64,000 nucleotides of DNA from an uncultured virus (IMG/VR IMGVR_UViG_3300049442_000166) (taxonomy: Duplodnaviria > Heunggongvirae > Uroviricota > Caudoviricetes): the IMG/VR virus record IMGVR_UViG_3300049442_000166; one strand, given 5' to 3'. Shown here piece by piece: positions 20,616 through 29,994 of the stretch. The notes below the pieces were generated by a model that saw nothing but the letters and a program-made list of their open reading frames with translations, ran no database searches and was not told the DNA's origin. How positions within the stretch are numbered: the stretch's first letter is position 1; the number at the start of each line of letters is the position of its first letter. A program made the position numbers and the translations under genes.

Positions 20616-22128
20616 AATAACCAGTGGTCTTTGAGCGGGTACGATCCTGCACCAGCCTGGAATTAAGTTCAATCATGTCGTTATCGATCTGGTCACCGCG
20701 CCATTGCATCGAGGGGCCGAACAAGCGGGTGGCGGTGTACTGGAGCGCGTCGGCCGGGTGTGAATGCAGGTTCTTCTCGGGCTTGTCAGCCCAGCGCTCG
20801 GTGCCGGCGATCTGGATCCGCCGGTAGTGATACCCACCCTGCAGCGCCCGCCGCAGCCGGCCGCACCTGGGATGGAGGTTGAACGCCGGCCGTCCATCAT
20901 CATCAAACTGGCGGAGCTGCTTGCGGATGCACTCCTGGCGGATCTGCGGGGACTGCAGGCCGGGCTCGATCATGATGCCCTTGGTGTGTAGGATATCGAA
21001 ACAAGTCCGCTCATCAGTCTCGGCGCGGCTGTTGCCAGCCGGGTCACCGACGTCGATGAACTCGGTGTCGGGGAAATGCTGGCTGGAGTGGCTCAGCACC
21101 TGATCGCTGAAGCGGTCGACGCCCATCGTATCGGCGCACAGCTCGTCGACGATCTTCCATTGGCCCGTCGCGGCCAGCTGGCTGAAGATGCAGCTGGGCG
21201 TCAGGCCGAAGTCCCACCCGCGGTGCACCGGCAAGCGCGGGTCGGTGCGGGGTGCACGCTTCTCGTCGGCGCCGCCAGGGCAGTGGACGTTGTCATGATA
21301 TTCAGGGAAGACCGGGCGACCCTCGGTGACGAAGCCATATTCACCGCGACAATATACTTTCACCCATTCATCAGTTTTTCCGATGGCCAGCCGCTGCCAG
21401 TAGCCGGGCGACTGGTTCTTGGCGTTCTCCGCGCTGGCCGACAGGCCGGATGGCTGCTTGAATATCCGACAGTATTTTGCAACGGTCATGCCGGGCATGA
21501 ACGCGGCGAGACCTTCGACCGCCTCGGTGTGGTCCATCTTCTCGAAGAACCGGTACCATGCGCTATCGGCATCGGGCGGGTTGGTGTCGAGGATGATGCC
21601 GGCCCAGGTAGCACCACCGCCGTCTCGCTTGGCCGGGTAGCGATCGACGCGGCCCTGCAGGGCGTCGATGATCGTCCAGGGTACCTCGCGCGCCTCGTTC
21701 ACCCAGGCGCCTGTGAGGTCGAGTGACAGCAGGTTCCGAACGTGGTCTGGCCGGTCGAGCGCGCGGAAGAGCAACTCGATTTCGGCACACTTCTTATCGC
21801 CGTCAGCAATGAGTTTGTTCAGCACATACTCGTGCTCGGTCGCCCGCCATTGCCCCATCATAGGGTACGGAAACCATTGGTGCACCGTTCTGATTGTCGT
21901 GTCGTTGAGCTGGCGATAGGTGTTCCTGATCACCGCCCAACGGCTGCGCCGGATGCCATCGAGGCCGGGCTTCTGCTTCAGGCCACGCTGGACGATGTCC
22001 CATAGGCAGCCGCTGCTCTTGCCGCTGCCGAACGGCCCCATCAACCCCCTGATGAACGCGTCATCATTGAGGAAGGCGTGGATCGTCGGGACATCGCCGG
22101 TGTTGTAATCGAGCGTGTGTTTGACCAT
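20614..22128 (-). CDS. terL: Terminase large subunit
   Basis: Walker A GPFGSGKS, Walker B AWVNE, DTNPP, RGWDFG, HPADALQY. Confidence 0.95.
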   Translation of the reverse strand: MVKHTLDYNTGDVPTIHAFLNDDAFIRGLMGPFGSGKSSGCLWDIVQRGLKQKPGLDGIRRSRWAVIRNTYRQLNDTTIRTVHQWFPYPMMGQWRATEHEYVLNKLIADGDKKCAEIELLFRALDRPDHVRNLLSLDLTGAWVNEAREVPWTIIDALQGRVDRYPAKRDGGGATWAGIILDTNPPDADSAWYRFFEKMDHTEAVEGLAAFMPGMTVAKYCRIFKQPSGLSASAENAKNQSPGYWQRLAIGKTDEWVKVYCRGEYGFVTEGRPVFPEYHDNVHCPGGADEKRAPRTDPRLPVHRGWDFGLTPSCIFSQLAATGQWKIVDELCADTMGVDRFSDQVLSHSSQHFPDTEFIDVGDPAGNSRAETDERTCFDILHTKGIMIEPGLQSPQIRQECIRKQLRQFDDDGRPAFNLHPRCGRLRRALQGGYHYRRIQIAGTERWADKPEKNLHSHPADALQYTATRLFGPSMQWRGDQIDNDMIELNSRLVQDRTRSKTTGY

Positions 22129-22133
22129 GGAAT

Positions 22134-22196
22134 GGGAGGAAAGCGCATCGGCGACCTGACTGACAAGGTCACCGGTCAGTCATGCGCTCTCCTCCC
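22134..22196 (-). ncRNA. Structured element 3
   Basis: gggaggaaagcgcat/atgcgctctcctccc; cggcgacct/aggtcaccg; gactgac/gtcagtc. Confidence 0.75.
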
Positions 22197-22772
22197 CGCT
22201 CCCGTACCCCGGCACTCTCGAACCACTCGGCTCGCTCAGCGTGTACGGCACTCTCGTGGCGCCCGGCTCGCTCGCCTAATCCGGCACTCTCACTTGTCCA
22301 GGCTCGCTCTCTACACACGGCACACTCATCTACACCGGCTCACTCGTCGCTCTTGGCACTCTCAGCTGGCCCGGCTCGCTCACTACTGGCGGCACTCTCT
22401 CGGATAGCGGCTCGCTCACTTGGTTCGGCACTCTCCATCGTAGCGGCTCGCTCCTGTTCTACGGCACTCTCAGCTGCGACGGCTCGCTCCTGATGTTCGG
22501 CACTCTCTCGCAGCACGGCTCGCTCTACCTTATCGGCGCTCTCCATTATCACGGCTCGCTCCAAGGGCGCGGCACTCTCACCAACGCCGGCTCGCTCCTG
22601 TGGCTCGGCACTCTCTTCATGGTCGGCTCGCTCTTCCTGCTCGGCACCCTCGTGCCATTCGGCTCGCTCGCGCTTCTCGGCACTCTCAGGGATACCGGCT
22701 CGCTCCTACGCCACGGCATACTCAACGTAGTCGGCTCGCTCGGCTATCACGGCACACTCCTAGCCCGCGGCT
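22197..22772 (-). repeat. TIGR-like array 2 (16 units)
   Basis: Exactly 16 x 36 nt; same dual repeats, variable spacers. Confidence 0.92.
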
Positions 22773-23004
22773 AGTCGGTGACCTTGTTCGCATCTTGGAG
22801 CGGCCCGGGCAACTCGGCTTCATGCTCCTGCGTCCACCGCTTCGGCGGCTTCCCGCCGTGGTTTAGATAAATATAACGCTCCCTGGTCACCGGAATGCCT
22901 TGCTTCAGCATATAGTCCAGGGTGATGTCGTTGTGGCGATGGGCCTCCAGCTCCGCCGGGCTCACCACCCCCTCCTCACCCTCACTCCTCGGCGTCGTCG
23001 CCAT
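22771..23004 (-). CDS. Hypothetical protein
   Basis: 77 aa; its TAG stop overlaps the first repeat of array 2. Confidence 0.5.
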   Translation of the reverse strand: MATTPRSEGEEGVVSPAELEAHRHNDITLDYMLKQGIPVTRERYIYLNHGGKPPKRWTQEHEAELPGPLQDANKVTD

Positions 23005-25030
23005 AGTCCTGTCCTCCAGCCCAACTGGGTGGTTTTAGCCCACCCGCATGAGACACGATAGCCTCTCGTCTCTCATCAGGGGTTTTACCACGATGCGCCC
23101 CCTTGTTGCGCCACATATCTGCAACTTCACCGACGAATGTCTTGTTGCGCTTCTGTTCCGGTGAGAACAGGCCGCGCACGCCCTCCCAGGTCACGCTCTG
23201 CAGCTCCCGGGGCATGATGCCGAGATCGGCAGCCGCCCGCCGGTAGGCCTCGGCATACAGCCCATACATCCCCTTGTTGCCCAGCGTGGCGCTGTCCCCG
23301 GCCTGGGGCAGCCGCGGCGCGTTGGGATCCCCCTTCGGCTGCTTCGGGTTGGTGCCCAGGCCGTGGGCGACCTCCATGGCGCCGGCCCCGAGCGGCCGGA
23401 GCAGCGCCGCGGCAATCGCGTGGGTGTCGATCGTGACATCGTGGCCATGCCCTGGCGCGATGATGTTGTTGTAAAAGTTACGCACCTTGTGGGCGCCGCC
23501 CATCAGCCGGGACACGGTCGGCAGGTCGGCGTTCTGCAGCGCCGCCATCGCTTTGCCGATCTCGCTGAAGCTGCCCCAGGTCACGTCCCGTGACCGCGAC
23601 GCCTCCTCAAGCTGACCCTTGCGCTTGCCTTTGGTGTAGTACTTCGCCGGGATCATCGAGGTGCCGGCCTCGCCGCCCTCCGGGGTAATGATCTTGTAGC
23701 TGCGCGGGTTGTGCGCCTCGTCGTGCCAGCGGGCGAACACGGCGCGCTCGAAGGGGTCGGTGAGCGCTGACATCGGCGTCTCGCGGAACTTCTGCTGCAG
23801 CCCCCTCAGCCTCTCGATCATCTCCGGCTCGCCCTTCCAGGGCTTCCCCGTCGCCTGTGCCTTGGCCTGCTGCTTCGCCGCCTCCGTCTCCAGCTGGGTG
23901 ATGTACTTCGCAGAGTAGTCCTGCATCTTGTCCGTCATCGTCCAGTTGGCACCGAGCTTGTGTGCCTCGAACGCCTTCTTGGCGAGATGGACGTTCTGAT
24001 ACCAATCCTTCTGCGGGCTGAGTGCGGCCAGCACAGCGGCGGCGACGTGCGGCTGGACGCCGTATTCCTTGGCCAGACTGTGGGCGATGCGGTTGGCGCC
24101 GCTGTACCACTGCTTGGCGCGCTCGACGATGCCGGGGCCGATCGGGCCCTTCTCGTCGTTCATCTTGTTGTACAACCACTTGAGGTTGTCCTTGGCGTGG
24201 TTGATGAACGCCTCGTTGATCTTGGTCGGGTCATCGGTGCGCAAGTGCTCGAACCCCGGGTAATGCTCCTTGATGATCTTGGCGTTCTTGGCCTTCTGGT
24301 CGGTCGCCCGGTTCATGCTGTCGTAGTCGCTCGACAGGTCGGCGGTGCCGTGCGCGTCGATGCCGGCTGCACGCTGCGCCGGCTCGGACGGGATGCGGGT
24401 GGAGATGCGCAGATCGCTGCGGCTGCGCTCCGGCTCCTGATCGGGCGATGTCGGCGCCTCGGGTTCGGCTCCTGGCGCAGGTGCAGCACCCTGAGCACCG
24501 CCGGCCTGGGCCAGCGCCTCGCTGCCGTAGGTGGGGCCGCCCATCGTCTGGCCCGCCAGTCGCTGCGCCACCGCACCACGTTGGCGGACCAGCCCGCCGC
24601 TGGTGGGATCCTGCTGGAACTGGGTGACGTCAGCCGGACCACCTGGGGGCGCGCCAGGAGGCGCCATGGGCGCTGCGGCTGGCACCGGCACCGACATAGC
24701 GGCGGCACTGGGCCCCGGCGCCGCGGCACGCAGCTGGGCAACCCCTGAGGACGGCGCTATGCCCATCGGCGGGGGCGACGGCGGCATCTCCATAGCCGGT
24801 GGCGTCATTACACCGGGCGTCGGCGATGGCTGCGCCAGCTGCGCCAGCGACAGCGCGGCACGCGGCGGCTGGATCGGCGCCAACCCTGGCGCGCGCGGCG
24901 TCTGCCACAGCTGGTCTGTGAGCTTCGCCAGCGGGTCAAGCTGCTTCTGATATTTCGCCAACGGATTGGTTTCGAGATCCCCACCGGGATCGATCTGTGG
25001 GTAGGGGATACCCCCGAGGCGACCGCTCAT
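22982..25030 (-). CDS. Protein with Pro-rich N-terminus and a putative HhH-GPD/glycosylase-like DNA-acting domain
   Basis: WY..A...AAVLAALSPQ..W..N, KVRNFYNNI, VTIDTHA, Y..AY..AA...G..P.ELQ..TW. Confidence 0.5.
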   Translation of the reverse strand: MSGRLGGIPYPQIDPGGDLETNPLAKYQKQLDPLAKLTDQLWQTPRAPGLAPIQPPRAALSLAQLAQPSPTPGVMTPPAMEMPPSPPPMGIAPSSGVAQLRAAAPGPSAAAMSVPVPAAAPMAPPGAPPGGPADVTQFQQDPTSGGLVRQRGAVAQRLAGQTMGGPTYGSEALAQAGGAQGAAPAPGAEPEAPTSPDQEPERSRSDLRISTRIPSEPAQRAAGIDAHGTADLSSDYDSMNRATDQKAKNAKIIKEHYPGFEHLRTDDPTKINEAFINHAKDNLKWLYNKMNDEKGPIGPGIVERAKQWYSGANRIAHSLAKEYGVQPHVAAAVLAALSPQKDWYQNVHLAKKAFEAHKLGANWTMTDKMQDYSAKYITQLETEAAKQQAKAQATGKPWKGEPEMIERLRGLQQKFRETPMSALTDPFERAVFARWHDEAHNPRSYKIITPEGGEAGTSMIPAKYYTKGKRKGQLEEASRSRDVTWGSFSEIGKAMAALQNADLPTVSRLMGGAHKVRNFYNNIIAPGHGHDVTIDTHAIAAALLRPLGAGAMEVAHGLGTNPKQPKGDPNAPRLPQAGDSATLGNKGMYGLYAEAYRRAAADLGIMPRELQSVTWEGVRGLFSPEQKRNKTFVGEVADMWRNKGAHRGKTPDERREAIVSHAGGLKPPSWAGGQDYGDDAEE

Positions 25031-26802
25031 GGCGTGCCTTTCTTGTGGTCGCGCAGTGCGTCAGCACCGGCATCGATCATCGCCGGCATACCGTTACGCT
25101 TGACGATGTTGATCGTGCGCGGATCGAACACGACGTAGTTGTGGCTGCCATGGCCGGAGGCTCGACTGCCAGCATCGAGGTAGCGGATGCCCGGGATACC
25201 GGCGTCGAGTAGCCGCCGCGCCGCCGCTTCATCACCCCCTCTACCACCAGCCATGTGCGTGTAAATGTGTTTGCCCTGATCCGTGTCGCCATAGCCGTGA
25301 TCGAGCAGCCTGTCCCGCACATACGAATGATGCTGACCAAGCGGCTTATCCCAGTCGAGCATGTGGTCCGGATGAATGTGCAGCTCCGACTGATACAGTT
25401 GGCCGGTGCTTTGGGCGAAGTCATCCGGCTTCAGTTTACCTGCTGCCGCGTGCACACCGAGATAGAACTGGCCACGCCGCTGGTCCGCCTCCCACGCGTC
25501 CGTTCTCCCGAACCCATGCCGATGCGGCGAATATGACATCTGCGCCGCCGCGTCAGCGTACTCATCCTCCACCTTCTCGATCGCCTGCCGTGCCGTCATC
25601 CCCTGGTCCTGCATGAATTCGGCGACCTGATGCACCGCCATCTTGTGCGGATCGACCCCGCTCCACACCGGCACCGCACCCTGGTGGGTCACACCACCAG
25701 ACAGGTCATCGCGGTAGCTCTTCGCGATGCTTTCATTGCCAGCCTGATAAATGCCCTTGCCGTAGGCCTGGGCGCCCTCGCCCGTGCCGAGCTTGCTGAG
25801 GTTGAACTCACCGAGTGGGTTGGCGCGCGTCGGCGCGAACTCGTGTGGCGTGCCGTGGTGCACCGTCAGCGGTTGCGCCATGCGGATCAGCTGGCCTGAG
25901 CCATACGCCTCTGGCCCGGGTGCGGCGGGCACGTTTCCGCGGCTCTCGACGTGCGCCAGGGCGGCGTGCTGCGCCGCGGTGCCCGCGTCATAGTCAGCGA
26001 CATGGGGGCCGTCAGTAGGCTGATACGAGCCCGCCTGGGGGTCGTGTGCCATGAACACGACATCGGGCGTGCCACCCTTGAATTCCCTGAACGTGTCACG
26101 CATCCAGCCCTTCGGCTTGTGCTCCTCGCTCCAGGGGATGCGCGCGACGGCACGGAAGCCGTTCTGTGCGTAAATATGTGGCAGCACCGTATCGAACGCA
26201 TCAAGCCGCCGACCGCCGTTCTGTTTGGCAAGGTCGAGCATCGATCTGGTGACGTTACGGTATGGCGCCTTCGGATGTTTGAACACCGATACGATGTCAT
26301 CGCCCTTCAGCGCGAAGCCGGCATCACCCTCCTTGGTCGCGAACATCCGCATCCCGCGGTAGTCCTCGGGAGGATATTGGGTGACCGCGGCGCCGGCCGG
26401 GTGAGCCTTCTTGGCGACACCGATTACATGGTGAAAGGCATCGGCACCCTCTGGGTGCAGCTCATGATACGTCGGAGCGTCGGCGTTGGAGTAGCCCTGC
26501 TTCGGCGACCAGACGGTCTTGGTGACGCCAGAGAGACCTGTGCCTAGACCCAGTGCCGAAGATGCTTCAGGGCTTCTGCCTTCGTAATTCCCCTCGACTG
26601 CACCAGCTCGTCCGCCAGCCTGTCCAACAGCTTGTCCGCCTCCCGCTGGATCTCCGGGGTTGAGCGGTAACTGTGCTGGGGCTGGTGTTGCGACTGGTCC
26701 TGGGGTGGTTGTTTGGCCATATCGATCTCCGAGCGATCCTAGCGCATTGGTGCTAGGCGTCGCCAGCGGCGGGTAGGGGATGCTGCCAAGCGTCGCGGAC
26801 AT
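25027..26802 (-). CDS. Polyvalent-type protein: GNAT-like plus ADP-ribosyltransferase-like domains
   Basis: DIVSVF...GGRRLDAFDT.LP.IY...GF; VHHGT...GTGEGAQAYG.GIY...GIPGIRY...NYVVFDP; start re-called at MSATLG. Confidence 0.6.
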   Translation of the reverse strand: MSATLGSIPYPPLATPSTNALGSLGDRYGQTTTPGPVATPAPAQLPLNPGDPAGGGQAVGQAGGRAGAVEGNYEGRSPEASSALGLGTGLSGVTKTVWSPKQGYSNADAPTYHELHPEGADAFHHVIGVAKKAHPAGAAVTQYPPEDYRGMRMFATKEGDAGFALKGDDIVSVFKHPKAPYRNVTRSMLDLAKQNGGRRLDAFDTVLPHIYAQNGFRAVARIPWSEEHKPKGWMRDTFREFKGGTPDVVFMAHDPQAGSYQPTDGPHVADYDAGTAAQHAALAHVESRGNVPAAPGPEAYGSGQLIRMAQPLTVHHGTPHEFAPTRANPLGEFNLSKLGTGEGAQAYGKGIYQAGNESIAKSYRDDLSGGVTHQGAVPVWSGVDPHKMAVHQVAEFMQDQGMTARQAIEKVEDEYADAAAQMSYSPHRHGFGRTDAWEADQRRGQFYLGVHAAAGKLKPDDFAQSTGQLYQSELHIHPDHMLDWDKPLGQHHSYVRDRLLDHGYGDTDQGKHIYTHMAGGRGGDEAAARRLLDAGIPGIRYLDAGSRASGHGSHNYVVFDPRTINIVKRNGMPAMIDAGADALRDHKKGTP

Positions 26803-26805
26803 GAT

Positions 26806-26858
26806 GGTGGGAAGCATACACCACGACGGGCTCGTGGCGACCCGTTATGCTCCCCACC
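26806..26858 (-). ncRNA. Structured element 4
   Basis: ggtgggaagcata/tatgctccccacc; caccacga/tcgtggcg; cgggc/acccg. Confidence 0.7.
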
Positions 26859-27254
26859 CGCTCGGCCACGTCGGTACTCTCAATCGAGACGGCTCGCTCG
26901 ACTGTATCGGCACTCTCGCATCGGTCGGCTCGCTCACTTTGGTCGGCACTCTCTGCTGCTCAGGCTCGCTCAGCCTTGTCGGCACACTCTTCGAATACGG
27001 CTCGCTCGTTCAGATCGGCACTCTCGCACATCACGGCTCGCTCTCTCGTATCGGCACTCTCGTATACGACGGCTCGCTCAGGTGTAACGGCACTCTCAAC
27101 ATCCCAGGCTCGCTCCCTCATCACGGCTCTCTCAGTGAAGACGGCTCGCTCGTTCTTTACGGCACCCTCAGATCGAGCGGCTCGCTCCGCTATGTCGGCA
27201 CTCTCTCACAGCACGGCTCGCTCTGGACCGACGGCACACTCACGATAGACGGCC
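26859..27254 (-). repeat. TIGR-like array 3 (11 units), downstream of the tas gene
   Basis: 11 x 36 nt dual-repeat units. Confidence 0.92.
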
Positions 27255-27321
27255 CACCTGCGGGCGTGCGTGGTGTTTGCCTCGTTTAAGACCCAGGCCC
27301 ATTAGCTCCGGTCCCCGCAGG

Positions 27322-28512
27322 TCACCGCGGCTTCCGCGGCCGCGATGTCGGACCACGTTGCGCCTTGGCCTTCGCCGCGGCAAACGCAGGTATCAGCTCG
27401 ATGTTGGGGATCTCCAGCCGGTGCACATGTCCTGGGATATTCTCGATGACGTACGGATGCGGCGGCAACTCTTTGTAATGATCCCAATACATCACCTCGT
27501 GGAGATGCGCGAGGAAAAGCTTCACTGCGCGACGTTGCGCTCGCAGATGCAGACGGGCCGGCGGCAACATGCCTTGCTGATACCACTTATACGCGTCGGT
27601 CTTCGGATCAAACCGCTTCAGCTCCAGGCTGAGCTTCGCCTGATCGGCGTAGAGCTGACGGCTGTTGCGCTCGGTCTCCCAGTCCTTCCGCGCCTTGTAC
27701 AGCTTGCCGTAGACGTCGTCCGGCCTGTTAGATACTTTGACAAAGCTCTCGCCGATCAGAAAGCACAGCCGCTTCAGGCTGGCGTTCCACGGGCGCTTCT
27801 GGCCCTTGCCCCAGATCGAGGTCGGATCCAGCCCGGCGAAGCGCCAGATATGCCCCACGGTCGGTGCGCGTTGGATGTCGATGTTGGCCAGCAGCCCGGC
27901 GGCGATCACCGGTCCGATGCCCTTGATGCTGCGCGCCCAGATGCCGGCCTCATCGGACAGGCTGTAGATGTCGAGTGTGCCGCGGATCTGCTTTTCGAGG
28001 GTCTCCTCCTGCACGAACAACCACTCCAGAACCTCGTGTGGCTCGGGGACTGGATCTGCCACTGGCTGCGGCTGCGCCTCCTCATCGTCCTCGTCGCCCT
28101 CGTGAGCGTCGTCGGTGCGCTGCTGCTTCGGCTCCGCTAAAGTCCTCACTTGGTGTTTGGTGCGGATGCGGTTCTCCTGCATAGAATAATACGCATCGAC
28201 GAGGAACCGCGCCTCGATCTTGCCGAGGGTGCGCGACGCCTGCTTCAGATCCTTGGTTAACTTCTGGATCGGTGTCAGCAGGCTGGGATCGGCGGTAGAT
28301 GTCAGCAGCTGGTGCAAGGCATCGAGCCGCTGGAACAGGCTGGCGATCAGGTCACCGTCCGGCGGTTGGTTGCGGCCATGGCGCAGCAGGCTGAGCGCGT
28401 CACCCACAAGCTCGACGGGTGTCATCGCCAGGAAGTCTTCGGGGCCCATCGGCTCGGTCGTGATCGGCGGTGGCATGTCCTTGGCTGGGCGGTATGTTTC
28501 TGGCCGTTTCAT
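27322..28512 (-). CDS. Tas-like Nop/IS110-related RNA-binding protein with no nuclease domain (TasA-like)
   Basis: Coiled coil (YY.MQENRIR), SIKGIGPVIAAGLL, IWRFAGLDP, RPWNASLKRLC, YGKLY..RK, LHLRAQRRAVKLFL; no DEDD RuvC or HNH motif; flanked by arrays; AAGGAG RBS before MKRPETY. Confidence 0.85.
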   Translation of the reverse strand: MKRPETYRPAKDMPPPITTEPMGPEDFLAMTPVELVGDALSLLRHGRNQPPDGDLIASLFQRLDALHQLLTSTADPSLLTPIQKLTKDLKQASRTLGKIEARFLVDAYYSMQENRIRTKHQVRTLAEPKQQRTDDAHEGDEDDEEAQPQPVADPVPEPHEVLEWLFVQEETLEKQIRGTLDIYSLSDEAGIWARSIKGIGPVIAAGLLANIDIQRAPTVGHIWRFAGLDPTSIWGKGQKRPWNASLKRLCFLIGESFVKVSNRPDDVYGKLYKARKDWETERNSRQLYADQAKLSLELKRFDPKTDAYKWYQQGMLPPARLHLRAQRRAVKLFLAHLHEVMYWDHYKELPPHPYVIENIPGHVHRLEIPNIELIPAFAAAKAKAQRGPTSRPRKPR

Positions 28513-28534
28513 GGGTTCTCCTTTGGGGTGGTTC

Positions 28535-28786
28535 CACTCAATGGTTGCGGCACTCTCGGGGAACACGGTTCACTCTGCAGTTGCGGCACTCTCGTTGCTC
28601 ACGGTTCGCTCAATACCCTCGGCACACTCTCCTCATCCGGCTCGCTCTAGCTTCTCGGTACTCTCAAGGACTGCGGCTCGCTCCTATCTATCGGCACGCT
28701 CCATGGAAACGGCTCGCTCATGTCACACGGCACTCTCTTTCCAAGCGGCTCGCTCACCAAGCCCGGCACTCTCCGAAGCTACGGCT
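28535..28786 (-). repeat. TIGR-like array 4 (7 units), directly upstream of the tas gene
   Basis: 7 x 36 nt; repeats degenerate toward the gene. Confidence 0.9.
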
Positions 28787-28888
28787 TGGTCTTTGCTACC
28801 GCGGCCGGCGCAGCAAAGTCAAGATGGTTAATCAGGAGACGGTACTGGCCGGTAGAAGGATGCAATGAAGGCAGGAAAGGAAGGCAGG

Positions 28889-29038
28889 TCAGCGGTGCAG
28901 CACGGCCTGGAAGATCACCCAGGCCATTGCCAGGGAGCCGGCGCTGGCCAGGACGTAGGCGTAGGCCCGGTCGTAGCGCCGCCGTGGTCTGGGTGCTTGG
29001 TTGTAGCGGACGGTAGAGCGGCGACGGCGCAGCCGCAT
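28889..29038 (-). CDS. Small basic membrane peptide (49 aa, not in the ORF track)
   Basis: MRLRRRRSTVRY...AYVLASAGSLAMAWVIFQAVLHR*; starts 5 nt after element 5. Confidence 0.4.
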   Translation of the reverse strand: MRLRRRRSTVRYNQAPRPRRRYDRAYAYVLASAGSLAMAWVIFQAVLHR

Positions 29039-29043
29039 CAGCT

Positions 29044-29098
29044 CAGCGGGGATATGGTACCGGCGTTAGCAAACCGGCAGCTGACCCATACCCCCGCC
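29044..29098 (-). ncRNA. Structured element 5
   Basis: ggggatatgg/ccatacccc; taccgg/ccggca; gttagc/gctgac. Confidence 0.7.
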
Positions 29099-29602
29099 CG
29101 CTCTTGAGTGTCGGCACTCTCTCTTGACGCGGCTCGCTCGGCATCCGTGGCACTCTCACACATGGCGGCTCGCTCAGCTCTCCCGGCACTCTCGGTTGGT
29201 GTGGCTCGCTCATTGGCTACGGCACTCTCGCCCACGCGGCTCGCTCGTCGATGTCGGCACTCTCGCGGTTTATGGCTCGCTCGGCCAGCTCGGCACACTC
29301 TCGGACTTCGGCTCGCTCAGCCGGTTCGGCACTCTCCAGGGACACGGCTCGCTCTCAAGGATCGGCACTCTCGCTGGATGCGGCTGCGCTCTTATCTATC
29401 GGCACCCTCATTTCATTGCGGCTGCGCTCATGTTGCTCGGCACCCTCGCAACTGGCGGCTCGCTCTGTCTGCTTGGCACTCTCATAGATCTCGGCTCGCT
29501 CGCGCCAGTCGGCACACTCAACCTTCCCGGCTCGCTCACCTTCCTGGCACTCTCGTGGAGGCGGCTCGCTCATCCATTTCGGCACTCTCGGACGGCCCGG
29601 CT
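29099..29602 (-). repeat. TIGR-like array 5 (14 units)
   Basis: Dual repeats; a few 7- or 9-nt spacers and CGGCTGCGCTC repeat variants. Confidence 0.9.
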
Positions 29603-29735
29603 AACGCGCCGATGCTATCGCCGTCCCACCGGGTGCGCCATGCCGCTGCCATCATGGAACGCCGTGCCACCACAGTTGTGGCCGGCGAGCTGGTTCCTGG
29701 CGGCCTTCTTGATCGCCCGCAACAGGCTGCCGGGC

Positions 29736-29984
29736 TTAGACTGGCGCGCTGCCGGCTGGCGGGCTTGCTGGCCCCGCTGGCCCTGGCCCACCGCCGCCGA
29801 GCCCGGCGAGTAGCTGCCCGAGCCCACCGCCATTGCCTTGGGCACCATCCCCTGATTGATCACCGCCATTGGGTGGCTCCTCCATCGGCATCTGTTGCCG
29901 CCGCTTCTTGTGCTTGCGGTGCGCGTGCGGCCCCTCGGTGAACGCGGTCGGTGCGTCGGGGAAGGCTGTCGGGTCGTCGCTCAT
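29736..29984 (-). CDS. Gly/Pro-rich hypothetical protein
   Basis: GAGGAG RBS before MSDDPTAF. Confidence 0.4.
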   Translation of the reverse strand: MSDDPTAFPDAPTAFTEGPHAHRKHKKRRQQMPMEEPPNGGDQSGDGAQGNGGGLGQLLAGLGGGGPGPAGPASPPAGSAPV

Positions 29985-29994
29985 GTCTCGCTCC

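Noticed and set aside
27322..28566. Autonomous IS110 transposase; ORF-track start at 28566
   Set aside because: No N-terminal DEDD domain or SG catalytic motif is visible. The extended start lies inside array 4, and the RBS supports 28512.
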